NCBI GenBank assembly: GCA_963641445.1
Contig: CAVIBR010000007.1
Span: 2,525 to 66,524 of the forward strand
Source of the DNA: Bacteroides uniformis
GTDB taxonomy: Bacteria; Bacillota_I; Bacilli_A; RFN20; CAG-826
Length of the DNA: 64,000 bases
Direction of reading: 5' to 3'
The position numbers were made by a program, and so were the translations under genes. Shown piece after piece: positions 42,170-52,971 of this stretch. Positions within the stretch are counted from its first letter, which is position 1, and each line of letters starts with the position of its first letter. Below the pieces are notes generated by a model. That model saw only the letters and a list, made by a program, of their open reading frames with translations. It was not told the origin of the DNA and did no database searches.

Positions 42170-42973
42170 TTATTCCTTTATATTTATATATTTCTCAAAC
42201 GCATAAGCAATGCCATCTTCTTTAACATCTTTTGTAATGAATTTAGCATTCCTCTTGCATAATTCTATGGCATTGCCCATGGCGATTCCATTGAAATTTT
42301 TAATCATTCTTGCATCGTTTTCCTGATCGCCAAACGTGTATACGTCTCTTTCATTGATTCCCAAATAATTAGCTAAATAGCTAACTGCCGCGCTTTTATC
42401 AGCATCCTTGTTCACGAATTCAAGATATTTAGGATCGGAAAGGATGATGTTATATTTGCTCTTATCTTCTTTTTCTATCTCTAAGCATGATATTACATCT
42501 TCTTCTGCGGCAACCATTACTTTAAGAATAGGCATATCTAATTGAATTTCTTTTTCGTTTATAAGAGATACCTTGATATTGTTATATTTAATCTCATCAA
42601 AAGTCCAAATAGATTCAGAAAAAGCTAATACATTTCCATCGATGTCATAACAATATATGGCCCCGCCAAATTTTTCTATTCTCTCTTTGTATTTTTCTCT
42701 GATGGAATATAAATCCGCAATTGTAAGAGTTTTTCTTGTTATTAATATTCCGTTTGAATCGTATAAGGAGGCGCCATTAGATCCAATGGCAAAACGATTA
42801 TCGCCAATAAATTCAGATAAATAGATGTTAATCCCAACAAATGGTCTTCCTGATGCTATAGCGAGAGCGTCTCCTTTATCTAGCATTTCTTGAATGCATT
42901 TTCTAACATTAGGAGAGATTTCCCCTCCGTTATATACAAGTGTGCCGTCTACATCAAAAACGAATAATTTCAT
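42170..42973 (-). CDS. Cof-type HAD-IIB phosphatase
   Basis: FVFDVDGTL, ASGRP, FGDQENDARM motifs. Confidence 0.8.
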   Translation of the reverse strand: MKLFVFDVDGTLVYNGGEISPNVRKCIQEMLDKGDALAIASGRPFVGINIYLSEFIGDNRFAIGSNGASLYDSNGILITRKTLTIADLYSIREKYKERIEKFGGAIYCYDIDGNVLAFSESIWTFDEIKYNNIKVSLINEKEIQLDMPILKVMVAAEEDVISCLEIEKEDKSKYNIILSDPKYLEFVNKDADKSAAVSYLANYLGINERDVYTFGDQENDARMIKNFNGIAMGNAIELCKRNAKFITKDVKEDGIAYAFEKYINIKE

Positions 42974-43139
42974 AACTTTGAAATTATATCGAAATTATTT
43001 CAATTGAGCATAATTTTCTAAAAAGACTAAAGAATAGGAAATTGATCGAATTCTTTTTTCTTAAGAAAAATGCATTTTTGAGGTTGATTTCACAAATCAT
43101 CAATTTACAATTGTAAATATGAGGGGAGAAGGAGTTAAC

Positions 43140-43682
43140 ATGGCCGAAGAAGTCAAGGAAGTCGAAGTCGTTGACGAAAAGAAAGACGACAAAAAAGAAG
43201 AGAAAAAAGAGAATGGATTCAAGAAATTCTTCAAGAATATTGGCAAGAATATTTCCGATTCATCACGCGAATCCAAATTAGAAAAACTTTATAACGATAA
43301 AGCGGAACTAACCTTTGAAGTGTTCAAAGAAGGTGCAGCCTTTGGCATGGGTTCAGGTAACATAAAAGGAAAATTCATCGATGAAACCCATATTGAAATA
43401 TATGGAGATGCCAAGAAAGAAGATTATCCTTATAGCGCAGTCTTAGTTATCGAGCCAAAAGACAAAGATAAAGAACTTCCAAAGTTCTATTACATCACCG
43501 ATGTCAAACATGAGGAAAAAGATACAGTAACGCTTAAACTCACCGAAAAAGTAGATGACAAGGAAGTTGAAAACGAATATACAAGACCAATTTCAATTCT
43601 CACCTTAGATTCATCTGTCAAGGAAGTTCGTGTTATCAAGGCTCACGATAAATATTTCTTGAAATTAGACGAAACAAAGTAA
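43140..43682 (+). CDS. hypothetical Lys/Glu-rich protein (180 aa)
   Basis: AAGGAG lies 5 nt upstream of the ATG at 43140. Confidence 0.55.
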   Translation: MAEEVKEVEVVDEKKDDKKEEKKENGFKKFFKNIGKNISDSSRESKLEKLYNDKAELTFEVFKEGAAFGMGSGNIKGKFIDETHIEIYGDAKKEDYPYSAVLVIEPKDKDKELPKFYYITDVKHEEKDTVTLKLTEKVDDKEVENEYTRPISILTLDSSVKEVRVIKAHDKYFLKLDETK

Positions 43683-43692
43683 AAAGACATTA

Positions 43693-43726
43693 AAAAATAG
43701 GAGGCATAAGCCTCCTTTTTGTTTTT
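43693..43726. terminator. bidirectional terminator
   Basis: AGGAGGC-ATAA-GCCTCCT flanked by an A-run and a T-run. Confidence 0.75.
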
Positions 43727-43738
43727 GCCTAATTTTGA

Positions 43739-44191
43739 TTAGATTGATTTAAGAAGATCGTTGGTATCTAAACCACTTCCTTCTTCATCGCCATCAACTG
43801 GATTATCTTCAGATTCCCCTTCGTCTTTTTCAGGAACGATGCTATCTTCTTTTCCTTCTGTTGCGGCATTATATTCTTTATCGTCTTCTTCGTCTTCTTT
43901 ATCTTTATTAGCACTTTCTTCGTCAATTTGGCTATAAGCAAGATTGGCGGAATCATCATGTGATGCGGCATAGGTATGTCTTTCTTTGAGATCCCAAGTA
44001 TTATTTCCTAAGCAAAGGAAACGTCCATCAACTGTTAATTGGGTATAAAAGATACCGATTTTTTTCGCCTTTGTTTCTTCATCGATTTCTAAAGAAGTTG
44101 CAACTTCATCATAAAGTTCTTTGAAAGAATAAGATTTTCCTCCTTCTTCAAGGATGTCGTATGCGGCATCGATCATGCTTTTTTTGTTCAT
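43739..44191 (-). CDS. rpoE: RNA polymerase delta subunit
   Basis: IFYTQLTVDGRFLCLGNNTWDLKERH parallels B. subtilis RpoE FYTDLNIDGRFLAL..TWGLR. Long acidic C-terminal tail. Confidence 0.8.
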   Translation of the reverse strand: MNKKSMIDAAYDILEEGGKSYSFKELYDEVATSLEIDEETKAKKIGIFYTQLTVDGRFLCLGNNTWDLKERHTYAASHDDSANLAYSQIDEESANKDKEDEEDDKEYNAATEGKEDSIVPEKDEGESEDNPVDGDEEGSGLDTNDLLKSI

Positions 44192-44221
44192 GTTTTATTT
44201 TCTCCTTTTTATATATTTACA

Positions 44222-45850
44222 TTACATTTTTTCAGGTGCGCTTACTCCAAGCAAAGCCAAGGCGTTTTTAAGAACTATTTGGCATGCTTTCATAAGGGCT
44301 AATCTTGAAGATGTTAATTCAATATTATCTCTATCGATAATACGATTAGCAGCGTAATATTCATGAATTAATTTCGCTAAATCATGAATGTAGCCAGCAA
44401 CCTTGTAAGGCGCTCTTGCAGTGGCTGCGCTATTAATGATACTAGGAAATACGGAAAGATGCTTTAAAATATCGCCTTCTTTTTCATTTGTTAATCCTTT
44501 TGCGCTTGGATCGATAGCAATATCTTTGCCCATATCTAAGACTGAAGCGCATCTAGCGGAAGCGTATTGAGCATAATAAACTGGGTTATCTTTGCTCTTT
44601 GATGTGGCAAGATTCATATCGAAATCAAGGTGAGCATCAGAGCTTCTCTCGCAGAAGAAATAACGAACTGCGTCTTTTCCTACTTCTTCGATTAATTCTC
44701 TATGCGTGATGCCTTTTCCAGTACGCTTAGACATCTTGACTTCTTCTCCATCTTTGAAGACTTTGACTATTTGATAGATTTCAAAATCAATAACGTCGCT
44801 AGAGTATCCTTTCATCATGATCGCGCTTCTCATGCGGTTAAGATAACCAAAGTGATCCGCTCCAAGGCAATCGATCAATAAATCATATCCTCTTGATAAC
44901 TTGTCATAATGGTAACAGATATCAGGCATGAAATAGGTGTATTTTCCATCTGCTTTGATAATAGGTCTATCTTTATCATCAAGGAAGTCGGTTGTTTTTA
45001 GATATGTCGCACCATCTTTCTCATAGACATAGCCTTTTTCTTTTAAGAAAGCGATCGTATCTTCGATTGTATTTCCTTTACGAATATCACTTTCGAAAGA
45101 GAATTTATCGAATTTGACATCGAAATCCGCCATGTCTTTTCTAATCTTATCAAGTTCTTTTTCAATTCCATAATGAATGAAGAAGTCATGGGATTCTGGT
45201 GTATCAGTAAGATATTTATCGCCATATTCATCTTTGATTGATTGAGCGATTTTGATTAAATCTACTCCATGGTAATCATCTTCAGCGAAGTTTGGTGTCT
45301 CACCATATAATTCGTGATATCTTTCTCTTATTGAATGGCCTAAGTGCTCGACTTGGTTTCCACAGTCGTTAACGTAATATTCTCTGGTTACGTCATATCC
45401 TGCTTTAGCATATAAATTGGCAATTGAATCACCTAAGGCAGCTCCTCTTGTGTGTCCAAGGTGAAGGTCACCTGTTGGGTTTGCAGAAACGAATTCAACA
45501 TTGATTTTGATGTTTTTCTTTTCCCCATCGCCATAATGTTCTCCTTCGTCTAAGATTGTTTTGACGATGGAATTAAGGGATTCCGCTTTCATGAAGAAAT
45601 TGATAAAACCAGGACCGGCAATTTCTATTTTCTCAATCTTGTCTGATGAAATTTCTTTTAAAAGATCTTCCGCGATTTGTTTAGGCGCTTTATGGAGAGC
45701 TTTTGCTGATTTCATAGCTAAGTTAGTCGCATAATCGCCATGGGAAGGATCTTTGCTTCGTTCAATAACGATTTCTTCCGGCTTGATTTCTAAGCCAAGC
45801 TTTTTTGCCACTTCGGCAAGAATTAACTGTAGTTCTTTTTCGTTTGACAT
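44222..45850 (-). CDS. argS: arginine--tRNA ligase
   Basis: 542 aa. SANPTGDLHLGHTRG (HIGH) and KMSKRTGK (KMSKS). Confidence 0.9.
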   Translation of the reverse strand: MSNEKELQLILAEVAKKLGLEIKPEEIVIERSKDPSHGDYATNLAMKSAKALHKAPKQIAEDLLKEISSDKIEKIEIAGPGFINFFMKAESLNSIVKTILDEGEHYGDGEKKNIKINVEFVSANPTGDLHLGHTRGAALGDSIANLYAKAGYDVTREYYVNDCGNQVEHLGHSIRERYHELYGETPNFAEDDYHGVDLIKIAQSIKDEYGDKYLTDTPESHDFFIHYGIEKELDKIRKDMADFDVKFDKFSFESDIRKGNTIEDTIAFLKEKGYVYEKDGATYLKTTDFLDDKDRPIIKADGKYTYFMPDICYHYDKLSRGYDLLIDCLGADHFGYLNRMRSAIMMKGYSSDVIDFEIYQIVKVFKDGEEVKMSKRTGKGITHRELIEEVGKDAVRYFFCERSSDAHLDFDMNLATSKSKDNPVYYAQYASARCASVLDMGKDIAIDPSAKGLTNEKEGDILKHLSVFPSIINSAATARAPYKVAGYIHDLAKLIHEYYAANRIIDRDNIELTSSRLALMKACQIVLKNALALLGVSAPEKM

Positions 45851-45852
45851 AT

Positions 45853-46326
45853 TTACTCCTTCTCAATTAATACAACTGCAATCGCCTTGATTGCTTTTCC
45901 CTCTCCTATAGCATCTAGTTTCTCATTAGTCATTGCTTTGATAGAAACGTTTTCAATGGAGGTATCAAGCAATTTAGCGACATTTCCTCTCATTGCATCG
46001 ATATATTTTGCCAAATGAGGTTTTTCGGCGATTATCGATAAATCGACATTGCCGATTTTATAGCCTTTTTCTCTTACTTTCTTGTAACAGGTTTCTACGA
46101 TGATATGGGAGGCAATACCCGTTATAGAATCATCCGATGGAGGGAAATATTTCCCGATATCGCCAAGAGCAAGGCTTCCTAGAAGTGCATCAGATAAGGC
46201 GTGATAAACAACATCCGCATCTGAATGCCCATCTAAGCCAAGTTCATAAGGTATTTCTTCACCTGCAAGAATCAGTTTTCTATTAGGGACTAAAACGTGA
46301 ATATCTTCTCCGTAACCAATTCTCAT
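45853..46326 (-). CDS. ispF: 2-C-methyl-D-erythritol 2,4-cyclodiphosphate synthase
   Basis: MRIGYGEDIHVL...GHSDADVVYHALSDALLG...GDIGKYFP. Confidence 0.9.
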   Translation of the reverse strand: MRIGYGEDIHVLVPNRKLILAGEEIPYELGLDGHSDADVVYHALSDALLGSLALGDIGKYFPPSDDSITGIASHIIVETCYKKVREKGYKIGNVDLSIIAEKPHLAKYIDAMRGNVAKLLDTSIENVSIKAMTNEKLDAIGEGKAIKAIAVVLIEKE

Positions 46327-46329
46327 AAA

Positions 46330-47505
46330 TTATTTCTTTGTCACGTTGAATCTAAAGAAGACAACGTCCCCATCTTTCATAACGTATTCTTTGCCTTCGG
46401 AACGGATTTTTCCTGCTTCACGAACCATTTGCTCGATTCTATCGCCAACGCTTCCATTGCCAATGAAGGTATCTTTTGTAATTGTCTCACCGATTTTCTT
46501 GAATTCATCGAATGGATAGACGTCTGCTTTGATGAAGCCTTTTTCAAAATCAGTATGAATGATACCGGCACATTGAGGGGCAAGCATGCCATTACGGAAG
46601 GTCCAAGCACGGCACTCGTCGACACCGCAAGTAAGGAAGGTGGAAAGATTTAAAAGCTTATATGAAGCCTTGACTAAACGATCTAATCCCGATTCTTTAA
46701 CACCAAGGGTTTCTAAGAATTCCTGTTTCTCTTCTTGGCTTTCAAGTTGGGAAATATCATATTCGATTCCACAAGAAAGAGGAATGCAAACCGCTCCTTC
46801 GGAATCTGCCACTTCTTTAACGGCTTGATAATTTAAGCAGTTTTTGAGATTTCCGTAATCATCTTCTGCGACGTTAGCAACATAAAGGATTGGTTTTAAG
46901 GTAAGCAAGAAGAAATTCTTTTTAGCATATTCCATTTGCTCAGAAGAAAGGCCTTTTGTTAAACGGGCTGGCAAGCCTTGTTCAAGGGTTTCTTTCAAAG
47001 CGGTAAGAATTGGCATCTCATAAAGAGCAATCTTATCTTTTGTGATTCTGGCTTTGCTTTCTTGTTTTCCAATACGATTGTTAACGGAATCAAGGTCAGA
47101 CATCGAAAGTTCAAGATTTATGATTTCAATATCTCCTTTAGGATTTACTGGTTCATCGTTATAACGAACGACGTTTGCGTTATCGAAGCAACGAACCACT
47201 TCAACAATGGCATCACATTCTCTTATGGCGGCTAAGAATTGATTTCCTAACCCTTCTCCTTTTGAAGCACCTTTGACTAATCCTGCGATATCATAGAATT
47301 CGAAAGTGGCATTTACTTTCTTTTTTGGGCTATATTTTGAGCAAAGATAATCTAAACGCTCATCAGGTACGACAACCACACCACTATTTGGATCGATGGT
47401 TGCAAATGGGTAATTCTCAGCTAGGACGTGGGAGTTTGTGATAGCGTTGAATAAGGTGGATTTTCCGACGTTCGGAAGACCGACTATTCCAGCTTTTAAT
47501 GACAT
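46330..47505 (-). CDS. ychF: ribosome-binding ATPase YchF
   Basis: GIVGLPNVGKSTLFNAIT, DIAGLVKGASKGEGLGNQFL, and a C-terminal TGS-like domain. Confidence 0.9.
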   Translation of the reverse strand: MSLKAGIVGLPNVGKSTLFNAITNSHVLAENYPFATIDPNSGVVVVPDERLDYLCSKYSPKKKVNATFEFYDIAGLVKGASKGEGLGNQFLAAIRECDAIVEVVRCFDNANVVRYNDEPVNPKGDIEIINLELSMSDLDSVNNRIGKQESKARITKDKIALYEMPILTALKETLEQGLPARLTKGLSSEQMEYAKKNFFLLTLKPILYVANVAEDDYGNLKNCLNYQAVKEVADSEGAVCIPLSCGIEYDISQLESQEEKQEFLETLGVKESGLDRLVKASYKLLNLSTFLTCGVDECRAWTFRNGMLAPQCAGIIHTDFEKGFIKADVYPFDEFKKIGETITKDTFIGNGSVGDRIEQMVREAGKIRSEGKEYVMKDGDVVFFRFNVTKK

Positions 47506-47565
47506 ATCAATATAAAATTCCTTTTTTACGCTAGAGATTATATCTCTAAGCGGGATGAAATAAAA

Positions 47566-47600
47566 CGGAAAGAAAACACCATTCGCAAAGAAATGGTGTT
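47566..47600 (-). terminator. terminator after csp
   Basis: 9-bp stem AACACCATT/AATGGTGTT with a TTTCTTT tail on the minus strand. Confidence 0.7.
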
Positions 47601-47623
47601 GTTAGATCAAAATGTTCTAGTGG

Positions 47624-47824
47624 TTAATTAACTTTCTTGACATTGTTAGCGCGTAAGCCACGTTCACCTTCAACTGGTTCAAATTCAACATTTTCACCAA
47701 TTTCAGCGGTTTTGTAGTTATCCATTTGGATAGCACTATAATGAAAAAAGTAGTCTTTGCCGTCTTCTGCATGGATAAAGCCAAATCCTTTATCCTTGAA
47801 GAACTTTTTGACTGTTCCCTTCAT
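47624..47824 (-). CDS. cold-shock protein (CspA family)
   Basis: KGFGFI (RNP1) and DYFFHYS (RNP2-like). 66 aa. Confidence 0.9.
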   Translation of the reverse strand: MKGTVKKFFKDKGFGFIHAEDGKDYFFHYSAIQMDNYKTAEIGENVEFEPVEGERGLRANNVKKVN

Positions 47825-48055
47825 ATGTTTTAAACCTTCCTGGTCCGGTTTTTCTATTCAAGACCGCTAATTATTTTAGCACAATAAGCGAAAATATACT
47901 AAGGAATTGTAAATTTTCGTTTCGTGTCTTCCTGGCCTAATAAAACATTGACTATTTATCGTTGTTTTCTTGTTTCGAACCATTAAAAAATCACTTTGTT
48001 TTAAACTATCCTAACGTTATTTTCAGAAGAAAAATAATGACGATTATTTCTTCGT

Positions 48056-50851
48056 TCAACATTTTTCGTTACGTGAAAAATCTGCGTTTTTAATCCAATG
48101 ATTAAGGAATACAAAAGATATTAGCATTCCAATCATTATTGAGGCAGTCATTATAAGAATGGGGATGAAATCAATTTTGAAATAATTGCTCGTATTTCCA
48201 AAGTTAGTTTGAAGAGTTTTATTAATCGTATATTCCGCACTAAAAAGGGAACATAAAGAAACAACAAAAGCTATAATACTAGTTAACAAAATGTTTGTTC
48301 CAAATGAGTCAACTATATTCTTCCTTCTAACGCCTAGTTCGAATAGCAATCTTGCTTCCTTTTTATTTTCAAGCGACAAGAGCAAAGCATTCGAAACGAA
48401 AAGGAAAAAGGACGTGCTTAAGGTTAAGAAAGTTGCAAAAAGCAATACGATTTCAACATAATCAATTACATTAGAAATTGAAGATTCGATAACTAGTGAA
48501 GGGTTTGTAAATTTCAATGACGGATATTTATTCGACAAAACCGGCATGACCTCCTTAGAAATCGTTTTGTTGCAATAGAATGTAGCTTGCTTAGGCTCAA
48601 GCGAAAAAGATGACATTCCTAATTCATCTCTCCAATAATCAATCGTCCAATTTGGCATTACGTAAATAACATCATCATTTCCTTTGATGATTCCTACTAC
48701 TTCTAATTCTCCTATTCGATAATCGTTTAATAGGTAATCCCCTTGAACTGAATTAGATATTACACCGGCACAAAAAAGCGTCCTAGACTTATTGAATTTT
48801 GCTAATAATTTCTCTGAGATACAGATTTCATTTGAATTTTTTGGAACCTCTCCTTCAGCTAATTCAGAAAAATCACTGGAAATTGTCAAAGCGTCGTTTC
48901 CTTTCATTAGATAATGCCCCATAGAAACGTTCTCAGGAACATTTGCATCCGAATAAATCATTTGAGTTGAAGTCTTGCTCATCGATTCGCTTATGGTGAA
49001 TATCTCGTCCTTTGAATCACTTAAAAAGAATGGATTCAAAAAGCCAGATATCATCGAACCTGGATAGGCAACATAATTTCCTTCTCCAAAGACTGAATAT
49101 TTGTCTAAATATCGTCTCGAAGAAATCTCATTTAAGATTTGATAATCGATTGATTGTTTATCAGTTATGAATACGTGCAAACGATTGCTAGAAGAGACTT
49201 CAGTCTTTTTATTATGCGTTTGATCGTAATCATATGAGTCTCTTTCAAATACATATTTATTGAGCAAACCGTTTTTCCTTGCTTCATTGAAAAAATCCTC
49301 TTTACTGCCTTTTGGAATTAGATAGTAGTTCTTCCTAAGAATCCAAGGGAGAGAAGAGTCTTCTTCTAAACTAGTCGGGAATCCCATGCAATCCTCAAAA
49401 ACGTATTCATTCCAATCATGCCTATAATGATAGATAGTTTGGTTCTCTTCTTGAAAAACTCCTACAACGGAAAATAGTTGAGAATCTCCATATCCCCAAG
49501 ACTCGTTTGACGTTTCAAGAAATATTTCTAGAGGTTTGCTTTTCAAATATCTTCCTAAGGATTCAAAATCTCTCTTGATATGCAGTCCGATACACATATT
49601 AACCATATTTTGGTAGTTCAAAGAAAGAATTATCTGCTCATCTTCAAGGATTTTAGGCCTTTCCGGATAGATTTTTGTTTCTTCAGGAAGAGAATCTAGC
49701 CATCTGTATTCATTGATATTTCTTACGCTCAATGAAGGTATAACCGTCTTTTTTCCGAATGAATCAAAATAGAATTCGTTTGTAGTTTTAAAATAATTCT
49801 CATATGGGCAAATATAATTGATTCCGTAGTCTTCAATAAAGGATTCTCCATCTTTAAGAAGAGTTTTTATATCTTCTTCGTTTGGTGACAAGATATTTCC
49901 GAAAGTAGATTCGTTCTTTCCATTACGTTCTACGACAATTCCGTTTACTCCGTTCCATTCATCGAAAGCGTTATTTAATTCATCTTGAAGATCTCTTTGA
50001 ACATATGCCGATAATCCTAAAGCCAAAAGAGAAAAAGAAATTACTCCAACGCTTAAACTAGAGCGAATCTTTTTTGCTTTGTAAAGATTTTTAGCGTGTT
50101 TTAGCCAAGTTGAAACACCCCATTTTATTGAACTTTTCTTTGGAGGGGAGAATGTTACGAATTTTTCTTCAGTTTCTTTAGATGCGTCGTTTCTCAATGC
50201 AATTAGAGTTCCATCTTTAAGGTGCAAAATCTCATTCGCATATGTATTTGCGGCCTCTCGATCGTGAGAAACAAGAATAACAAGATGTTTTTTCGCGGCT
50301 TCTTTAAGGATGTTATAAACGTTTTCACTATTCTTTTTATCAAGCGCTCCTGTTGGCTCATCCGCAAAAATAATCTTTGGATCGGTAACTAAAGCTCGAG
50401 CAATAGCCACTCTTTGTTTTTCTCCTCCAGATAACGTATTTACCCTTTGATAGGTTTTTTCTTTCAATCCGACGAATTCTATTACTTCTAATGCTTTCCT
50501 TCTTCTTAAATTTGTTTTGACTTGCAAGCCTATCAAAGGCAATGAAACATTTTCAAAAACGGTTTCAAGTTCCAATAGATCATATCCTTGTCTGATGATG
50601 CCAAAATATCTAAGACGCAAATCGCTTCTTTCATCTTCGCTAAGTTCTTTAATATCCTTTCCTTGATATAAAACATCGCCGACATAAGAATTATCACAAC
50701 CAGCCAAAATATCTAGCATCGTTGATTTTCCTGATCCAGAATCACCCAGAATGAAATATAATCCAGAATTAGAAAAACTATAGGAAACACCTTTAAGAAC
50801 ACTTTGCCCATTAAAGTTTTTATATAAATTAACAACTTCAAGTCTTTTCAT
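48056..50851 (-). CDS. fused ABC ATPase / FtsX-type permease (MacB-like), 931 aa
   Basis: N-terminal GDSGSGKST, LSGGEKQRVAIARA, ADEPTGALD. A large extracytoplasmic region, then C-terminal TM helices. Confidence 0.8.
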   Translation of the reverse strand: MKRLEVVNLYKNFNGQSVLKGVSYSFSNSGLYFILGDSGSGKSTMLDILAGCDNSYVGDVLYQGKDIKELSEDERSDLRLRYFGIIRQGYDLLELETVFENVSLPLIGLQVKTNLRRRKALEVIEFVGLKEKTYQRVNTLSGGEKQRVAIARALVTDPKIIFADEPTGALDKKNSENVYNILKEAAKKHLVILVSHDREAANTYANEILHLKDGTLIALRNDASKETEEKFVTFSPPKKSSIKWGVSTWLKHAKNLYKAKKIRSSLSVGVISFSLLALGLSAYVQRDLQDELNNAFDEWNGVNGIVVERNGKNESTFGNILSPNEEDIKTLLKDGESFIEDYGINYICPYENYFKTTNEFYFDSFGKKTVIPSLSVRNINEYRWLDSLPEETKIYPERPKILEDEQIILSLNYQNMVNMCIGLHIKRDFESLGRYLKSKPLEIFLETSNESWGYGDSQLFSVVGVFQEENQTIYHYRHDWNEYVFEDCMGFPTSLEEDSSLPWILRKNYYLIPKGSKEDFFNEARKNGLLNKYVFERDSYDYDQTHNKKTEVSSSNRLHVFITDKQSIDYQILNEISSRRYLDKYSVFGEGNYVAYPGSMISGFLNPFFLSDSKDEIFTISESMSKTSTQMIYSDANVPENVSMGHYLMKGNDALTISSDFSELAEGEVPKNSNEICISEKLLAKFNKSRTLFCAGVISNSVQGDYLLNDYRIGELEVVGIIKGNDDVIYVMPNWTIDYWRDELGMSSFSLEPKQATFYCNKTISKEVMPVLSNKYPSLKFTNPSLVIESSISNVIDYVEIVLLFATFLTLSTSFFLFVSNALLLSLENKKEARLLFELGVRRKNIVDSFGTNILLTSIIAFVVSLCSLFSAEYTINKTLQTNFGNTSNYFKIDFIPILIMTASIMIGMLISFVFLNHWIKNADFSRNEKC

Positions 50852-52902
50852 TCGTCTCTAAGCTCCTCTAATAAATTTCTCTTTCTGGTAACAAATAAAG
50901 GGATAACCGCGGAAAATAAGGCAATAATGATTGAGAAAACAATCACAGCAATTATCGGGAAATACGGGATGCCAAAAAAAGAAGAATATGGAATTGATAC
51001 AAAGGATTCGATATGGAATTTCATATATAGCAATTTCGAGACAAAATAAGAAACGGGCCAAGAAAGAATCAGAGAAAAGAAGGAACTAATCAAACTAGTG
51101 AAAATAGGTTCGCCAATACAAAGGAGGTTAACTTCATCTTTTGTCGCGCCAAGTGAGGTAAGAATGGCCATCTGTTTTCTCTTCTCTAAAAATGAATGAT
51201 AGGTGAAAGATGAAAGAATAAAGGCGACGCCAAAAAGCTCAATAAAGACAAAAGGCAAAGAAGACATCGAAAATGCCTTAGTCAAAGTTTCAAAAGATGA
51301 ATTTATCGTAAATGCATTCGAGGAAAGAGACAATCCTTCATCTTTCTTTGATAAGGTATCGGACAATGTTTTCATTCCATCCGCCTCAGTTTCATTGAAA
51401 AATATATTGTATGAATAATTCAAGTAAGGAGAATCGTCTTTTTCTTCATCAAGAAAGGAGGAAAGACTCATATTGAAATTATCCAAATGAATCCTTTTGA
51501 TCATTGCCTCGAATGCAGGATACGAATAAAAGATTTTCGCATTGTTAAGAAAAGCGAATTCTTTGACGACGCCTATTATCAAGAACGACAAATGCACTTC
51601 TACATTTTCTTTGATATCGTTTCGTTCAAGCGTTGTTTCTAGAGATATTTTTAGTCTTTTTCCTATCGGATCGAGATTTACTTTATCTTCGAATTCTTCG
51701 TTCACTAAACAATAATTAAGCGTGTTTCCTTCAGGAAGTTCTCCTTTTTGGAGGAACCTTTGAGACCTGTTTTTCAACGTTATATCATATAAAGGAACTA
51801 AATTCGTATTTTCATAAGGAAAGCCATTTAATGTGAAAGAATGATAACTTGGCATGAAATATGAATAGTCTCTTTTGATTTTTATGTTTGCAAAATCTTT
51901 GAATGTTTCAGAACATTCTTTAAGTGAAGGACGTTCATTCCTAACGAGTGAGATTGGTGAATTTTCGACGTTAAATTTCGTTTGCTTAGAAAATGTTGCC
52001 TGCAAATAATTCAAGGAATGGCTTTTCTCATTTAGCAAAACTTTATTGCTTCCTGAATAAAATCCTAGGCAAATCAATAACGATAGGTAACCGATTATTC
52101 CAGAGAGGGTGGAGAAGAGATTTTTCACGATGTTTTTCCTGTAATTATGAACGAATAGCTTTCTAATCCAACCAAAAGAAGGATTTCTACGTTTGCTAGG
52201 CATTTCTTCTCTTCTATCTTCATATGAAGAAAATTCTTTTATGATCTTTCCGTCTTCTAGCCTCATCACATCATCTGCATATTTCTCGATTATTGCTTCA
52301 TTATGCGTGACTAAAACGACAAGATTATCTTTTGAGAATTCTTTTATTGAATCCATGATAATTTTCTCGTTTTCCTTATCTAAAGCGCCAGTTGGCTCGT
52401 CAGCAAAAAGGACCTTTGGGGATGTAATTAACGCCCTCATTAAAGCGACTCTTTGTTTTTCTCCACCGGATAGAAGACCTACTTTCTTGTCTTTATGTTT
52501 CTCTAATTTGAATTTTACAAATAAATCTTCAATCTCTTTTTCTTTATTTCCACTTCTCTTTTTATCTCCTCTTATTTCTAGTGGGAGACGAACGTTTTCG
52601 ATAGCACTTAAATCATTCAAAAGATTGAAATGCTGATAAACAAAAGAAATCCAGTTATTTCTAAAATCAACTAATTCTATTTCTTTTATCTTCGCTAGAT
52701 TTTTCTCGTTAAAGAATATTTCTCCTTCTGTTGGCTTTTCAGCCGCAGATAGCAAATTTAGAATCGTTGATTTTCCTGAACCGGATTTCCCAGCGATAAC
52801 AAATAAGCCCTTTGAAGGCAAAGTGAAAGAGACATCCTTTAAGGCAAGGCAAACATTATCGCCATTACCATATTTCTTACTTACATTTTTCAGTTTAAAC
52901 AC
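50848..52902 (-). CDS. fused ABC ATPase / FtsX-type permease (MacB-like), 684 aa, GTG start
   Basis: GKSGSGKST, LSGGEKQRVALMRA, ADEPTGALD. The stop overlaps the downstream ATG. Confidence 0.8.
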   Translation of the reverse strand: MFKLKNVSKKYGNGDNVCLALKDVSFTLPSKGLFVIAGKSGSGKSTILNLLSAAEKPTEGEIFFNEKNLAKIKEIELVDFRNNWISFVYQHFNLLNDLSAIENVRLPLEIRGDKKRSGNKEKEIEDLFVKFKLEKHKDKKVGLLSGGEKQRVALMRALITSPKVLFADEPTGALDKENEKIIMDSIKEFSKDNLVVLVTHNEAIIEKYADDVMRLEDGKIIKEFSSYEDRREEMPSKRRNPSFGWIRKLFVHNYRKNIVKNLFSTLSGIIGYLSLLICLGFYSGSNKVLLNEKSHSLNYLQATFSKQTKFNVENSPISLVRNERPSLKECSETFKDFANIKIKRDYSYFMPSYHSFTLNGFPYENTNLVPLYDITLKNRSQRFLQKGELPEGNTLNYCLVNEEFEDKVNLDPIGKRLKISLETTLERNDIKENVEVHLSFLIIGVVKEFAFLNNAKIFYSYPAFEAMIKRIHLDNFNMSLSSFLDEEKDDSPYLNYSYNIFFNETEADGMKTLSDTLSKKDEGLSLSSNAFTINSSFETLTKAFSMSSLPFVFIELFGVAFILSSFTYHSFLEKRKQMAILTSLGATKDEVNLLCIGEPIFTSLISSFFSLILSWPVSYFVSKLLYMKFHIESFVSIPYSSFFGIPYFPIIAVIVFSIIIALFSAVIPLFVTRKRNLLEELRDE

Positions 52903-52936
52903 TTATTCTTTCCCTCATCTATATAAAGACGTGGGA

Positions 52937-52971
52937 AAAGAAAAAATGCCAAATTATTGTTTATTTGGCAT
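52937..52971 (-). terminator. terminator overlapping the end of the DUF951 gene
   Basis: ATGCCAAAT-N8-ATTTGGCAT followed by TTTTTCTTT on the minus strand. Confidence 0.65.
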
